A program made the position numbers and the translations under genes. Positions 27,015 through 41,229 of a stretch of 64,000 nucleotides of DNA are shown here, one piece after another. The notes beneath the pieces are model-generated. The model did no database searches, was not told the DNA's origin, and saw only the letters and a list, made by a program, of their open reading frames with translations. The stretch comes from Octopus vulgaris (Eukaryota), in the NCBI GenBank assembly GCA_951406725.2, contig OX597834.1, positions 10,354,001 to 10,418,000 of the forward strand, in the 5' to 3' direction. Position 1 is the stretch's first letter. The number at the start of each line of letters is the position of its first letter.

Positions 27015-28321
27015 TACCTAGATATTATAATACTTTCTCCTACACATAAACATCGTTTATCACGACACGTTTAAGTATGCATTCATTTTCCTTGTGTTTA
27101 GGGTTCCCGTTTTGTATACGGAGTACAAAAGTTCAGTATCTAATATTGCAATATCTGTTTATTAATTCCAAAAGGTTCATAGTATCAGAGTGTTTCGACC
27201 AGATATCGGAGATGATTCCGAATTCCTAGTTAACTGAAAGTTTTCCTCAGCTTAAATAATTCCCTGTAACGTGCAAATTTATAAATACACTTTTAGTTAA
27301 ACTGGCGAGCTGGCATAATCGTTGGCACGGCACATAAAATGCTTAACAACATTCCTTTTATCTCTACGATTAAATTCCTCCGAGGTCAAATTTGCCTTTC
27401 TTCCTTTCAGATCGATTAATTGACAGTCGAGCACAGGGACAGATGAAATCGAGTAGCTCCCTCACTCAAAATTTCAAGCCTTATTCCTATAATAGGAAGG
27501 GTTATTAAACTTACAGTTACTCTAAAGTGTATTACTGCGAAGAATAATTTTCTCGTACGTAATCGTGTTTAGGGAGAATAGTTCGACATCGGACAAGAGG
27601 CATTTACGATATTCAATACTGTTCTTCGATATTCTAGAAACATAGACAAAATAGCTCCCACCTCTGCATTCTTAAACATTTAAGGAAATAAATACCAGTA
27701 AGTTATTTGGGTTAATTTTAGTGAATCTATACAGGAAGTTTTCAATTTCGAAAAGAAATTAATATTGAAAACAATAAACCGATATTAATAAAATTATGAC
27801 CTTGTATGTGTATTCATAGCTAGTGGATACTTGAATAATCATCTCAACAAGAAACCATACACATTTTATACGCTAAGCATTATAGAATATGTATGAAGAT
27901 CAAATATGCATACACACATACATATAGTTATTAAAATATTATAATAAATATACGCCTGTGTACTTATGTGTGTGTTTACTAGACGCCGGTATTCATAGAA
28001 AACGCTGTTCTAGGAACCTAATTATACTGAGAATGGATGTAAATTTTCGCTATATTTTATGTGTTCTCAATGAATATATTCTGAAGTTTTATATTCGGCA
28101 ACTTATTGTAATTCCTACCAAATGAAATAAAGAATACACGATTGATATTAACATGCGACAAGAAACAATAACAGTGGTGAATATAATATCATTCCGAAAA
28201 GTAATATCAGTATTTTGTAATATGTACCCCATTCCTGGCAACTTGTACAGCCGATTGGTAAGTAAGACTACCATTCAGTCAGGAGATTGGTAGTTCTTAT
28301 AAGTTCACTTTCTCTATTTTG

Positions 28322-28507
28322 GGTAGTGGCTGTGTGGTAAGTAGCTTGCTTACCAACCACATGGTTTCGGGTTCAGTCCTACTGCGTGGCACCTTGGGCA
28401 AGTGTCTTTTACTATAGCCTCGGGTCGATCAAAGCCTTGTGAGTGGATTTGGTAGACGGAAACTGAAAGAAGCTTGTCGTATGTATGTATGTATGTATGT
28501 ATGTATG

Positions 28508-28566
<59 letters not shown>

Positions 28567-28599
28567 TTTTGCCCTCCCCCAACATCGCTTGACAACCGC
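28322..28599 (+). mobile_element. SINE family A copy, 3'-truncated
   Basis: Matches head and microsatellite region; similarity stops after cttgacaaccg. Confidence 0.88.
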
Positions 28600-31033
28600 T
28601 ACGAAATTTCTTGAACCACAATTGTACTGTACATTCATTAGTGGCTCCTGGGCCAAACGCATCGTTGATATCGCGAAATGTTTCAGCAGCTTTTCAGCCT
28701 AGCTTGAACTGGAATAAGAAAATTGTGCGAATTTGCTTTTTGTCCCTGTTGTATTCAACGTTCTGGAAAAAATGGTCTAATTATTAGAAAAGAAAAAGAG
28801 TAATACAATTAGATAAAGCGATAAACGTAACTTAAAATGATATATAAAATCAAAGTAATTTAGCGAAAATTAATTTTAAAATACATAATTTAAAACCAAA
28901 ATCGAAAATTCCGTAAGAACTTTCTTGACAACCTAATGCATAGTTTTTCTCGAGAACACAATATGTCATCTGGTACAGGAATCGAAACTACGACCTTACG
29001 ATCTCAACATTTCTATAAGTTTAGTTTGTCCTTCGGATTATATTAGTAGGAAATTTAAAAACGGCATAAAAATTAAAACCAAGAAAATTCTTGCTATAAA
29101 TGCAATAGTACCAAAGAAATATCTCTCATACATTAATTAGTTAAGGATGTCTCGTTATCTTATAGGTAATTAGTGCAGTTGATAAGACAATGTTAAGTAT
29201 TCCATATATAGAAATGCATGGTGATGACGGGAAAATATATCTAGAGAAGAGATAGAGTCGGTTCGAACCAGATGCTCTTTCTGGCAAATTGGCCAAATTA
29301 AAAAAAAACCCCAAAAAACCAACCATGTCGCTTTGCTCAGGAGCTTAGGATGTGTTTTCTATGCCGAAAATTTAACTCAGGTCTGCCGTGTTACGTCCAT
29401 AATACTCACAACTGTTATACTTAGGAACACTTTGCTCTGTGATGAACATGCTTTTCTATGCTAAAAGCCTTCTTCCATTAGCTTTAAGTATTTTCTCTAG
29501 TTCTGTATATATTTTCTTAATTCTGAGCTGTCACAAAAAACCAAATTCGTATTTTAGGAATACAAGCAAGACGTGGCTTATGGGATCTGTCAGAAATCTG
29601 AAGCCAGACCACAGTACATTTATTTAATATTTTATCTTCGATAAACTCAATATAGTGACTTTGATTTATTACATACGACTACAGGTGTACACAAAATTTC
29701 CTGTTATCTCACTTTGTGACATTTTTAGCAAAATATATCCGGGTCTATATTCCTAACTTTTTTTATAATACAACCAATAATATATGATTTCTTATTGGTG
29801 TTTAACCACGTAATTTGTCATCATTATATGAAAGAGGAAATTCCATCTGTGACCATCCAGATATTTTCTTTTTCTTTCTTATAGAAGGCTTTATCTTATG
29901 TATCCGTTCATTAAAGATTTAGGGTGTTATGTTTGACTGTTGTTTGAAGTAAGTCGAGTCAGCCGCCTTTGTTTTATCAGTATATGAATGCAAATACAGA
30001 CTACGAGGTTTTTAAGTTCATGTACAAATTCTGTTGCTTGTGGACGTTCCATAATTCTCAATGAAGATCATTTCTTATTTCTCTATCCACACCATCCCTT
30101 ACTCATAAACCAAGCATAGAAACTAGTAAATATTGTATCAACACGTTTATCTCTCTATGTATAAACGGAAAAATATATGTGTGTGTGTGTATCCTTTGTA
30201 CAAATCCACAATTTTTCAGTTAGAGGGCTCGCACTTTCTAGGGTCATTCAAAACCGTCCAAGGATGGTCGTGCACATCTTTATATTTCCCCAGTCATCCC
30301 GCAATGCCCTTAAAATATCAATAGAAGTGACATCAAAATGCCCAAAACTTGATACGCCAATTCAATGCCAGCTAGCTGTATTTGATTGGTCGGAGATTAG
30401 GACATCACTCGCGTGTATGTGCGCACGCACGCAGCTCTATATCCATGCACTAGCACTATGACCCGGGTCATAATGCTAATCGTTAAATAAAATCATTAGT
30501 CCAAATCGACGCAACACATTTTGACAAGGCTGTGCTTCTGGATTACGCATAAACGACAGAAAGAAATAGAGAGATGAAAGGCATCAATATTAAGATGATA
30601 CATAATCAACACCGGTACTTTATTAATAAACTGTGTTACATTTATTTGAGCTGAAAAATGAGTTAAAGGTACACTAGTCTGGGGATAATCCAGTTGTTTA
30701 TGCGTTAATTCCAGAAACAAGGAATATAAAACAGCTGCATAAACTTAATCGAAACCAACGGAAATCGACTTTAATTAATTTAATACCCCACATTACTCCA
30801 CAATGCTGATGATCCTTTCTGTTATAGGCATACTAATCATTATGACCCCAGTGCTTAACTGGTACTTGTTTTAACGACCCGAAATGATAAAGTCGACGTC
30901 AGTGCTATCTGAACACTGGACGTAAAGACAGACGAAATACCGCAAAACATTTCGTCCGGCGTGATAACGATTCTGCCACCTTTTCAGATAATCTGAATGC
31001 GATAATCTGCTTATATCTCGTTATATGCATCTA

Positions 31034-31403
31034 GTGGAGGCGCAATGGCCCAGTGGTTAGGGCAGCGGACTCGCGGTCATAGGATCGCGGTTTCGATTCC
31101 CAGACCGGGCGTTGTGAGTGTTTATTGAGAGAAAGCACCTAAAGCTCCACGAGGCTCCGGCAGGGGATGTACTCTTCATCACAACTTTCTCTCACTCTTA
31201 CTTCCTGTTTCTGTTGTACCTTGTATTTCAAAGGGCCGGCCTTGTCACTCTCTCTGTCACGCTGAATATCCCCGAGAACTACGTTAAGGGTGCACGTGTC
31301 TGTGGAGTGCTCAGCCACTTACACGTTAATTTCACGAGCAGGCTGTTCCGTTGATTCGGATCAACCGGAACCCTCGTCGTCGTAACCGACGGAGTGCTTC
31401 CAT
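31034..31403 (+). mobile_element. SINE family C (tRNA-Arg-like head)
   Basis: GGCGCAATGGCCCAGTGGTTAGGGCAGCGGACTCGCGG...GGTTTCGATTCCC head (A/B boxes), shared body ending GTCGTAACCGACGGAGTG. TSD ATATGCATCTA. Confidence 0.9.
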
Positions 31404-31677
31404 CCATATGCATCTATCATTGATTTGCGTTGATCCGTGACTTCTTTTAACGATAAAAGTGTGCAGACGTTTCTACATTTAAATTACAAGTTCAATTTGA
31501 TTACAATTTCATAACTTATTCGGTATATCATAGGAAATAAACGAAAAGATCGCCAACAACAAAATTTCAATATTAATTTACGATTCTGTATTTCAATCCG
31601 CTGCGTAATTTGTCTCTCGAACTCATCACAAGACACTGGACCATCCTGGGCTATAGTACAAAATTGCTGCACAATAA

Positions 31678-31855
31678 GCGTAGGAGTGGATGTGTGGTAA
31701 GTATCTTGCTTACGAACCATATGGTTCTGGGTTCAGTCCCACTGCCTGGCACCTTGGGCAAGTGTCTTCTACTATAGCCTCGGGCCGACCAAAGCCTTGT
31801 AAGTGGATTTGGTAGACGGAAACTGAAAGACGCCCGTCGTACATATGTATGTATG

Positions 31856-31898
<43 letters not shown>

Positions 31899-32125
31899 AT
31901 GTATTTATGTTTGTGTGTCTGTGTTTGTCCCCAATCATCGCTTCACAACCGATACTGGTGTTTTTATGTCCCCGTAGCTTAGCGGTTCGGCAAAAGAGAC
32001 CGATGCAATAAGTACTAGGCTTACAAAGAATAAGTCCCGAGATCGATATGCTCGACTAAAGGCGGTGCTCCAGCATGGCCGCAGTCAAATGACTGAAACA
32101 AGTAAAAGAGTAAAGAATAAAGAGT
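31678..32125 (+). mobile_element. SINE family A copy
   Basis: Full-length match to the family. Confidence 0.9.
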
Positions 32126-32878
32126 AACTCGCCGTGGGACTAAACTAGAAGCTACGTACTCGTAAAGTGAAACTACTAAAATTCACAACATCTACGTCTG
32201 TACCTTAATGATTTAAACCAGCACTGTTGACGAGATTTCGAGAGATTCTTCTCTGTTTGTTAAAGTCGAAATTCTCTTAAATAAAACTTAACTTCGGGGT
32301 CATTTTCTGTTTCTGATTAATGAAAAGAAATGCTTCTATATAACCACTCACTGCTGGAAAATGTTAAATTATGAAATCATCATAAACAACACTTCTCTTG
32401 TTGATAGTGTAGCTGGAATATATTTTTTTCTATTTAATATTCTTCATTATTCTTTCAAATCTGAATTTTACTAAATCATATTCTCTCAAACAGAGGATCT
32501 GTGTCTGTGGGAGTATGTGTGCATCTGTGTGTGTTTGTGTATTTATTTGCGCTTGTTTGTGGTTTTTGTATATCTTACTTGTTCAAAAAATATATCCCGG
32601 TGCTGTATTCATGTTGTGTTTCTCAGACTGTAAATTAATTGTTTGAGAAATACTGAGGAACAAAAATCTGTACGAGACTAGAATAGTTCCTGCTACGTTA
32701 TGCTTGGTAACAACTTAGGAGGAGGTAACCCAGCATGATTTGCTGACATAGAAGTGAAACTAATTAAATAATAATAAAAACGATGAGTTAAACTTCACAG
32801 TGAAATATATTTTGCTTCCCGTTTTATATACTCACTCGCTCTCAGTTCAAGTGTTTAAAATTTGCCATAGCATATTCA

Positions 32879-33265
32879 TTGTTGTTGGCACTCCGTCGGT
32901 TGCGACGACGAGTGTTCCAATTGATCCGATCAATGGAACAGCCTGCTCGTGAAATTAACGTGCAAATGGCTGAGCACTCCAAAGTAACGTGTATCCTTAA
33001 CGTAGTTCTCGGCGAGATTCAGCGTGACACAGAGTGTGACAAGGTGGGCCCTTTGGAATACAGGTACAACAGAAACACGAAAGAGTGAGAGAAAGTTGTG
33101 GTGAAAGAGTACAGCAGGGCTCGCCACCATCCCCTGCCGGAGGCTTGTGGAACTTTAGGTGTTTTCGCTCAATAAACACTTCACAACGCCCACTCTGGGA
33201 ATCAAAACCGCGATCCTGCGACCGCGGGTCCGCTGCCCTAACCACTGGGGCGGTGCGCCTCCACA
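32879..33265 (-). mobile_element. SINE family C copy
   Basis: Reverse-complement match to 31034-31403. Confidence 0.9.
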
Positions 33266-33334
33266 CCATATTTATACATTTATTATTTACTATGTTTGTC
33301 TGTTTACTTAGTTTCTTAAAACACACATACACAC

Positions 33335-33396
<62 letters not shown>

Positions 33397-33401
33397 ATCT
33401 A

Positions 33402-33760
33402 TCTATCTATCCGCTCAGTCGAAGTCGACTCTCGGTTACTCGTTGGATCAGTGTCCTCCAGTCAGTTTTATCCTGGACCGCTTCTTTCAGACTGGCTATG
33501 GCCATTCCGGTATCACTCTTGATGGTGTTAAGCAAGCGAGTTATTGGTCGGCCTCTTCCTCTCTTGCCACTGACCATTCCGTGCATGATGTCCTTGCCCA
33601 GGGATTTTCTCCGTATAAAACGACAGAAATATGCCAATCTATGTTTGGTGATCCTAGCTTCTAGCGACATTTTCGGCCTGATCTGCTTAAGAACTTCTCC
33701 ATTGGTGAGCCTCGCTGTCCATGAAATCCGTAAAAGTCTTCTCCAACACCAAAACTCGAA
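33402..33760 (-). mobile_element. RTE-clade LINE 3' fragment
   Basis: MSLEARITKHRLAYF...KDIMHGMVSGKRGRGRP...WRTLIQRVTESRLRLSG* with a (GATA)n tail. Near-identical to 49395-49840. Confidence 0.88.
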
Positions 33761-33884
33761 TGTATATCTATCTATCTATCTATCTATCTATATATATATA
33801 TATACACATAGATATATAGATATAGATAGATATATATATCTATCTATCTATTTATCTATATATATATCTATCTATTTATCTATA

Positions 33885-33918
<34 letters not shown>

Positions 33919-34541
33919 CATACACACATTGCTTGCTGCTTTCAGCAGATTAACAGATCCGTGTTTAGTGATCTTGCAATGTAGCTGTGCCACGTAAATT
34001 TTCTTTAGAAATTAGGTATAGATTTCGCATAAAAAAAAATTCAGATCCCCACCCACCCAACTATATAAGTAGTTCGATCGTACACAGAATGTCATTAACA
34101 ACGTTTGTATTCAGGTGTTGTTACTCCGTATTGACAATTGTCGTCAGTTCCAGTGTTAATGTATGCACTACAAAGAGCCTGATGTATACTCTCAACAAGT
34201 ATTTAGATAATGGTTATATACTTTTTTTAATGTCTGAATGTTGATAGATGTAATAAAACATTTTGCATATTACATTACATTGCATTACAAATCCGTCATC
34301 TAGAAAATGTCCATTAACGTAAGGACAAAATGCATAAAATTTATATCTGTACCAAATACAGAAATGAATGAATGAATATATAAATAAATAAATAAATAAA
34401 TAAATAAATATAAATGGTATAAAATCGATTTTCAACAATCTTCAAGCGAATGAGAATAAAATATACAACATTCAGTGTATAAAGCGGTACAATCTTCATT
34501 TCATGTCATAAGATTATACATACATATGTGCGTGTGTATGC

Positions 34542-34574
<33 letters not shown>

Positions 34575-34626
34575 CATGTATGTATATATATGCACATATG
34601 TATATATATAAATATGTATGTATATG

Positions 34627-34697
<71 letters not shown>

Positions 34698-34816
34698 GCA
34701 TGTATATATATATATGCATGTATATATATATGTATGTATATATATATATATGCATGTATATATATATGTATGTATATATATATATACATGTATATATATA
34801 TGTATATATATATATG

Positions 34817-34847
<31 letters not shown>

Positions 34848-35031
34848 GCATGTATATATATATGCATGTATATATATATATATGTATGTAATGTATATAT
34901 ATATATGTATGTATATATATGTATATATAAATATGTATGTATATATATGTATATATATGTATGTATATATATATGTATATATATATATATGTATATATGT
35001 ATGTATGTGTATATATATATATGTATATATG

Positions 35032-35080
<49 letters not shown>

Positions 35081-35464
35081 GTATATATATATATATTTAT
35101 GTATATATATGTAAAAACGTATACTCACACACATATAGCTACAATAAAATGTACTGTAATTCTTCGCTAAATGTAATTTCATTGAATATCATAGAACTTT
35201 ACATGACCTTTATCCACAGGTTGATCCTCCTCAGGCCGACCTGTGATTAAAAATAATCAAGCTGTGATGACACTGTTTACATCATTTCACAGAAGATCAA
35301 TAGCATTAAAATAGATTTTTTAACCTTGGAATAGTTAAACTTGACATATATCACAGAACGTGATTTGTATCTTGATGGAGATGATTGGAAAGAGATTTGA
35401 CAAACAAATTTTTGCGGGTTCACTGCCAACGCGAGGCTTACTGAAGTGGGGTATACAAAGGCTC

Positions 35465-35693
35465 CGGCGAGCTGGCAGACACGTTAGCACGCCGGGCGAA
35501 ATGCTTAGCGGTATTTTGTCTGCCGTTACATTCTGAGTTCAAATTCCGCCGAGGTCGACTTTGCCTTTCATCCTTTCGGGGTCGATAATTTAAGTACCAG
35601 TTACGCACTGGGGTCGATGTAATCGACTTAATACCTATGTCTGTCCTTGTTTGTCCCCTCTATGTTTAGCCCCTTGTGGGTAATAAAGAAATA
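35465..35693 (+). mobile_element. SINE family B, single unit
   Basis: Head plus one unit. TSD GGTATACAAAGGCTC. Confidence 0.9.
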
Positions 35694-37803
35694 GGTATAC
35701 AAAGGCTCATATTTGTAGCATTTTATGTATTAAATGTTATGATCCTTAATTATTTTATGATAATATAGTTGATTTTATATTCATCGAAACCCTCAAAGGG
35801 GAAGCTTCCGTGCCATCTTCTTCCTTCTACATCTTTTATTCTGAAGTCAATTGTTGTAAGTCTTTGGATATGTGATTGATGGCGGCCCAAATGTCTGCAG
35901 GAAGTTAGTTAGATATGGCTGCCACCATTAACAGTTTAATTCTAGGTTGAATTGAAGCAGATTTTATGTAACCTGTGTTGTAACAGGGATTAGAATATAT
36001 AGCGCAATATGAACCACCAACTCTGAATACACACGTGATTTTTAGTCAACTTGAAAGAAAGCCAAATTTCTCTCACATATCATCGACCATACCGTCTTAG
36101 ATCAGAGAGTTCACTCTGACCAATTTGAAATACAAAAAAAAAAGAAGAAAAAATAGCATGCTGAAACCTGTACTGTATTGATCTGGTTTAATATGAGATT
36201 AAACTACATTTCGCTCTAGAATACCGGATTAAGATCAGTCAGTCACGTATTAGAACTACTGTACGGAGATAGGAATCAGGCGCATATGCTACCAATTCGA
36301 AATATTTGCAAATAGATATATGATTTCCATGAAATACATACACACTGACACACTTTATATAGCAATTTACATATTGTGTGTAAAGTGTAGCAAATTCACT
36401 TTGGCAAAGTAGAATACAAGCAGCTTGTTTGGAATTTACAAAATTTAGAACAATTCAACATAGGAGTTGAGTCTTTTAAAAGGCATCTGCAGATGTGTCA
36501 GCGCACAGGCAATAACTTAACGCTTTGCAGAAGCAATACGTAGGCGTTTGCAAACACAAATTTAACATTCGAATTTCTCAACTGTTAACAGTTTATAGCA
36601 TGATTTGAATATCGCAGCCCAAACATCTTTGCACGCTGTGCATCTCTGCACATGTCATAAAGTTTAATGTTGTTTACAGTTTAGTTCCTATTTCGAGTGA
36701 TATTCTGTTCAAGAATAAGGATTCTTAAAACCAAAACATCGAATAAATTTGTTTTGCTTCAGCTCTATATTATTAAGGTGTCTTTTATTACCTTTCAATT
36801 TTTATAACTGAAACGACAATGCTTCAAGTAAATTACAAGATCCTATTTTAACAGGATTTTTGTTTTCATTTCTACCATTAGCGCTAAAAACATCGTACAC
36901 GTTCCTATCAAATGCATGCACACAAATACAAGCTGATATATGCGCGCATGCACGCACACAGACACAAACGCACACAGATATACACACACACAAACACACA
37001 TTACTACATAGAGACCAACACAAACACACATATATTGGCAAATTTATAAACATAATACTTATCTGAAGCTGTTAGGTTTGAGGTGAGTGTTCGTACATTT
37101 GTATGCAAGCGCATGTGTGTATTACGTGTAGAAAGATTACGAGTGTGTGAATGTGACTTGTGCGTGTATATGTTCGTGTGTACACATATAAATATGTAAA
37201 TATATGTATATAGGAAATAGGTATACGAGACATAGAGGTGCAGATATATAGACACACACATAAATATATAATGAGTTTATAAACATTATCAATGATGTTG
37301 CCAGCAGCGCGAACACTACGATTGTTTCATTATGTGTTGCTAAAAAAGAAGGGAGAGTTAATGGGCTGAAATGTGGAATGTAAATGTAGAGCCAGGTTAT
37401 AAACAATGAAGCTAGAGTAAAATCTTTAGGAAACGTTTCAGAAAAAAAAAAGCATAAATAGATCTTCTGTAGTTTAACAAACTGCTAAAGAGTAAATACA
37501 GGAGAGTAATTTTTAAAAAAAAATAAGCGAAACAAAAGACAACAAAAATATTCTTCATGTGAATACAAAATATTTGTTATTAGTTGAGATATATCGAGGA
37601 AAGAGGGTCGAAAGAAGGTGATTGGAAGAGTTATATGTAATAAAGGTAGAGAAAGAAATGTGGATCATAGAAGTAGAATGCAACTGTATGCAACAGTCCA
37701 AATGCGTGATTGTAGCAAATTTTCCATGAATTATTCGGTTGGAGAATTGTGCAAGTACGTAAGAAGAATTCGAGTATATAGGTAACTAATCACACATAAA
37801 TTA

Positions 37804-37849
<46 letters not shown>

Positions 37850-38137
37850 GCATATATTTATATATATATATCATATATGTATGTATATATATATATATAT
37901 CATAATATATGTATGTATATATATATCATAATATATGTATGTATATATATATATATCATAATATATGCATGTATGTATACATATATATATCATATAATAT
38001 ATGTATGTATATATATATATATCATAATATATGTATGTATATATATCATAATATATGTATGTATATATATATATCATAATATATGTATGTATATATATAT
38101 CATATAATATATATATATATATCATAATATATGTATG

Positions 38138-38175
<38 letters not shown>

Positions 38176-39384
38176 TATATTTCTGTTAATCTCTGTGAAT
38201 GTATGAATACGGATGTACATAAAAACACATGCATTCATACATAAATTATATATTGATATGAATGTATGAATATGTATATGCCTATGAATATATGAATATT
38301 TACATATAAAACCTCATAAGCACACAATTACATACCGAGAAACACCATTTTCAGTAAAGTACTAATTACACGTTGACCTGTAAAGTTTACATATATTTCC
38401 GTTAACTACTCAAAGAAATACATATATAGTACTAATAAATTCTACTAATTACAATTTTGCATATTTTTATTGTACATCTTTCTATCTTTCTCAGCAAAAA
38501 GAACAACATAGTATTTTTTTTTTCACTACATGTTGAATTATATTTGTAAAGTTTTATTTTTCCTACCAGAATTACTCTCTTGCATTCATAATACAGTGAT
38601 TTATATTTTTACAATGTTATCACCACTGTTTCCTTTCCTCTAACCCTTTCAGCTTCCTGTTCTCTCATATCTTATTTTTATAATTCTAATCCGCTTGTTG
38701 TTCATGTGTTTTGCCTTGTCTCTATTGTATAGTTTCGTGTCATATATATATATGTATAAAAATCCAACAGTCGAGCAAGCTGTTGGAACACAATTCAAAC
38801 GCATATTGCTAACAAGAAATTTGCATGATTTATGTTTAATTTTTTACGGCTTGGCTTTTGTTATGTCATTTGCAATATCACTCCAGGTCAATTATTGTCC
38901 TAGGGGTGCAATAATGTTCCAGCTTTTGGCTGTAGTTTTTCAAAATTAATGCATGTATTATCAGACTGTTCAATATGTTCTGATTATTATTTTTAAGAGC
39001 TTTGAATGTGATTTGGAAAATGCGTCATCGTTGGTATTTGTAAATTGTCTATGGACCTCGTGGAGGTATCTTCAAAAACGCTTCAAAATATATGCATGGA
39101 TGATGCTTAAGTGACTTCAATCAAACAAAAGTTATTGACATTTAGTTCATTGATGATAATTAAATAATTATTTCTAGAGGCACAATGTATTTAGGACAAC
39201 AGTATCGTTAGAATTTATGTTTGAATTTCTTCAAATTGTAATTTGCGACAATAGGATTTATTACTATTAATTAGGAAAAAATAAATATGCGAATACACTA
39301 CGTGCAGTCACAAGCAGCAAAATATATTTGCCTTTTAATATTAACTCTTTGTTTTGCTTTGTTTTCTGTTCTTACATTATTAAT

Positions 39385-39950
39385 GCTGAAACGAGCAGCC
39401 ATATTCCTACCGCTCTATGTCACGCTGGTGAGACCCATATTGGAGTACGGGATTCAAGCCTCTTCTCCTTAACTCCTCAAAGACATACAGCATCTCGAAA
39501 TAGTCCAGAAGCTGGTTACCCGCATGGTTCTTGGTCTCAGGCATTTGTCTTATGAAGAAAGGCTGAGGACGCTCGACCTTTATTCTCTAAAAAAACGCCG
39601 CCGCCGTGGTGATCTCATTCTTGTTCAGAACATCATAAGCGGAAAGTGTAACCTCTCGAAAGAGCTGTTCTTCACTCCTGCTCCAGAGCGTCGGCTGCGG
39701 GGTCACTCCGAAAAGCTCTATCTGCGACGATTTCATCTCAATAGAAGGAGAGGGGCTTTCTCCGTCCGGGTTGCGGATCCGTGGAATAAGCTGCCGGACG
39801 AGATAGTGAAGATGCCGACGACCGCTCGGTTCAAGTCTCCCTTGACCACAAGTGGCCTGAACTCTTTACATGAACACCACCCTGTACATAACCCCATGTC
39901 CCCCTAAATGGCCTTGCTTTTTGCTTTTTGAGCCAAAAAATTAACTAAGT
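39385..39950 (+). mobile_element. CR1-clade LINE 3' fragment
   Basis: LYVTLVRPILEYG...P, then RMVLGLRHLSYEERLRTLDLYSLKKRRRRGDLI...LRGHSEKL...FSVRVADPWNKLP, the typical CR1 ORF2 C-terminus, with stops or frameshifts. Confidence 0.9.
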
Positions 39951-40280
39951 TGCGACAAGATCCAACCAAAGGGAGGAAAGGCGAAAGTAATTGATTTACC
40001 ACTATTATTTAATACAGTTGGGTGTTTTTTGCAAAGGATATGGGGACTATCTTTAGCAATCAGATCGAACCCGTTCGTCCTCCATAATAGTATCACAGTA
40101 GATGGAGAACTGAGACAGCGATATATGTAAATATTGAGTTATGAGAAACTGCACATCCTGAATTCCATTAACAAAAACATTGCCGGAATCTCCTTTGTCA
40201 AAAGCGAAATATTCTTTCTAAATAATCAAATCTCGGAATATATGCTTATAGTGTACGGTTTTTCAGATAAACTATTTAAT

Positions 40281-40549
40281 CATTAACCACCAACGTAAGG
40301 GGTATTAGCCATCTGAATGTGGCTAGCCACTGGGGGGGGGGGGGGTTACTGATGCTTTTAGCCCCAGGCGATCAACGTCACCAGAAGGACCTTAGACACT
40401 ATCTCAGTGCCCTTGTGTTATTTGCAAAGGGAGGTCATCCTCCCTCGAAGACCCGAGTACTACATACGGACTATAGTTTCAAGGTAATTGCCTCTCGTCA
40501 ACGCATGGTAAGCGCCGGTCTTCGACGAAGGAGTCTCCTTGCAAATAAC
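40281..40549 (-). mobile_element. Second, divergent retrozyme-like element (structural homolog of 57565-57879)
   Basis: Same order of motifs downstream of the hammerhead rod (GTGTC(T)AAGG, hairpin, GGGCTAAA(T)AGC, hairpin with CATTNAGN loop). Flanked by an 11-bp direct repeat AACTATTTAAT (40270-40280 and 40547-40557). Confidence 0.6.
40463..40507 (-). ncRNA. Type I hammerhead ribozyme, C3U core variant
   Basis: Minus strand reads CATGCG-TTGACGA-GAGG caatta CCTT-GAAA-C tata G-TC-CGTATG: stem I CAUGCG/CGUAUG, stem II GAGG/CCUU, palindromic stem III ACTATAGT, GUC site. Sits at the tip of an imperfect inverted repeat 40417-40549. Confidence 0.8.
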
Positions 40550-40862
40550 TATTTAATGTTTTTCACAGCAGCCAGTGTCAATTGTTATTTAATCATTGTT
40601 TTCGTGAATTGGTTTATTGTAAACGAGAATGGAAGAAGCGGAACATGTGTGTCTATATGTAAGGAGTTAGTCCGCATTACTCCATAAAGAGCTTGAGGCT
40701 GATTTCTCGGTTTTCTTTGGCGTAGGATTACTCGGTTTTGACAGCTGAGTGTTCTGGACAGACGTGAAATAAAGTGGTCTGCTCAAGAACACAATGCATC
40801 GCTCAGTCTAGGAATCGAAACAGTTATCTTACGAACATGAGTGTAACACCTTAACCACTAGG

Positions 40863-41229
40863 TCCAGTGGTTAGAGCTACGGACTCGCGATCATAGGATC
40901 GCAGTTTCGATTCACAGACCGAGCGTTGTGAGCGTTTATTGAGCTAAACCACCTAAACTCCATGAAGCTCCGGCAGTGGGTGTTGGCGAACCCTGCTGTA
41001 CTCTTTCACCAAACATTTACCCCACTCTTTTCTCCTGTTTCTGTTGTACCTATATTTCAAAGAGCCAGCCTTGTCACACTCTGTGTCAACTGAATCTCCC
41101 GGAGAACTACAAGAAGGGTTACACGTGTCTGTGGAGTGCACAGCCACATGCAAATTAATTGCACGAGCAGGCTGTTCAATTGATCGGATCAACTGGAACC
41201 CTCGTCTACGTAACCGACGGAGTGACACA
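40863..41229 (+). mobile_element. SINE family C copy, head-to-head with a minus-strand SINE relic (about 40690-40862)
   Basis: Matches the family from ccagtggttag onward. The junction forms taaccact..agtggtta. Confidence 0.85.
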
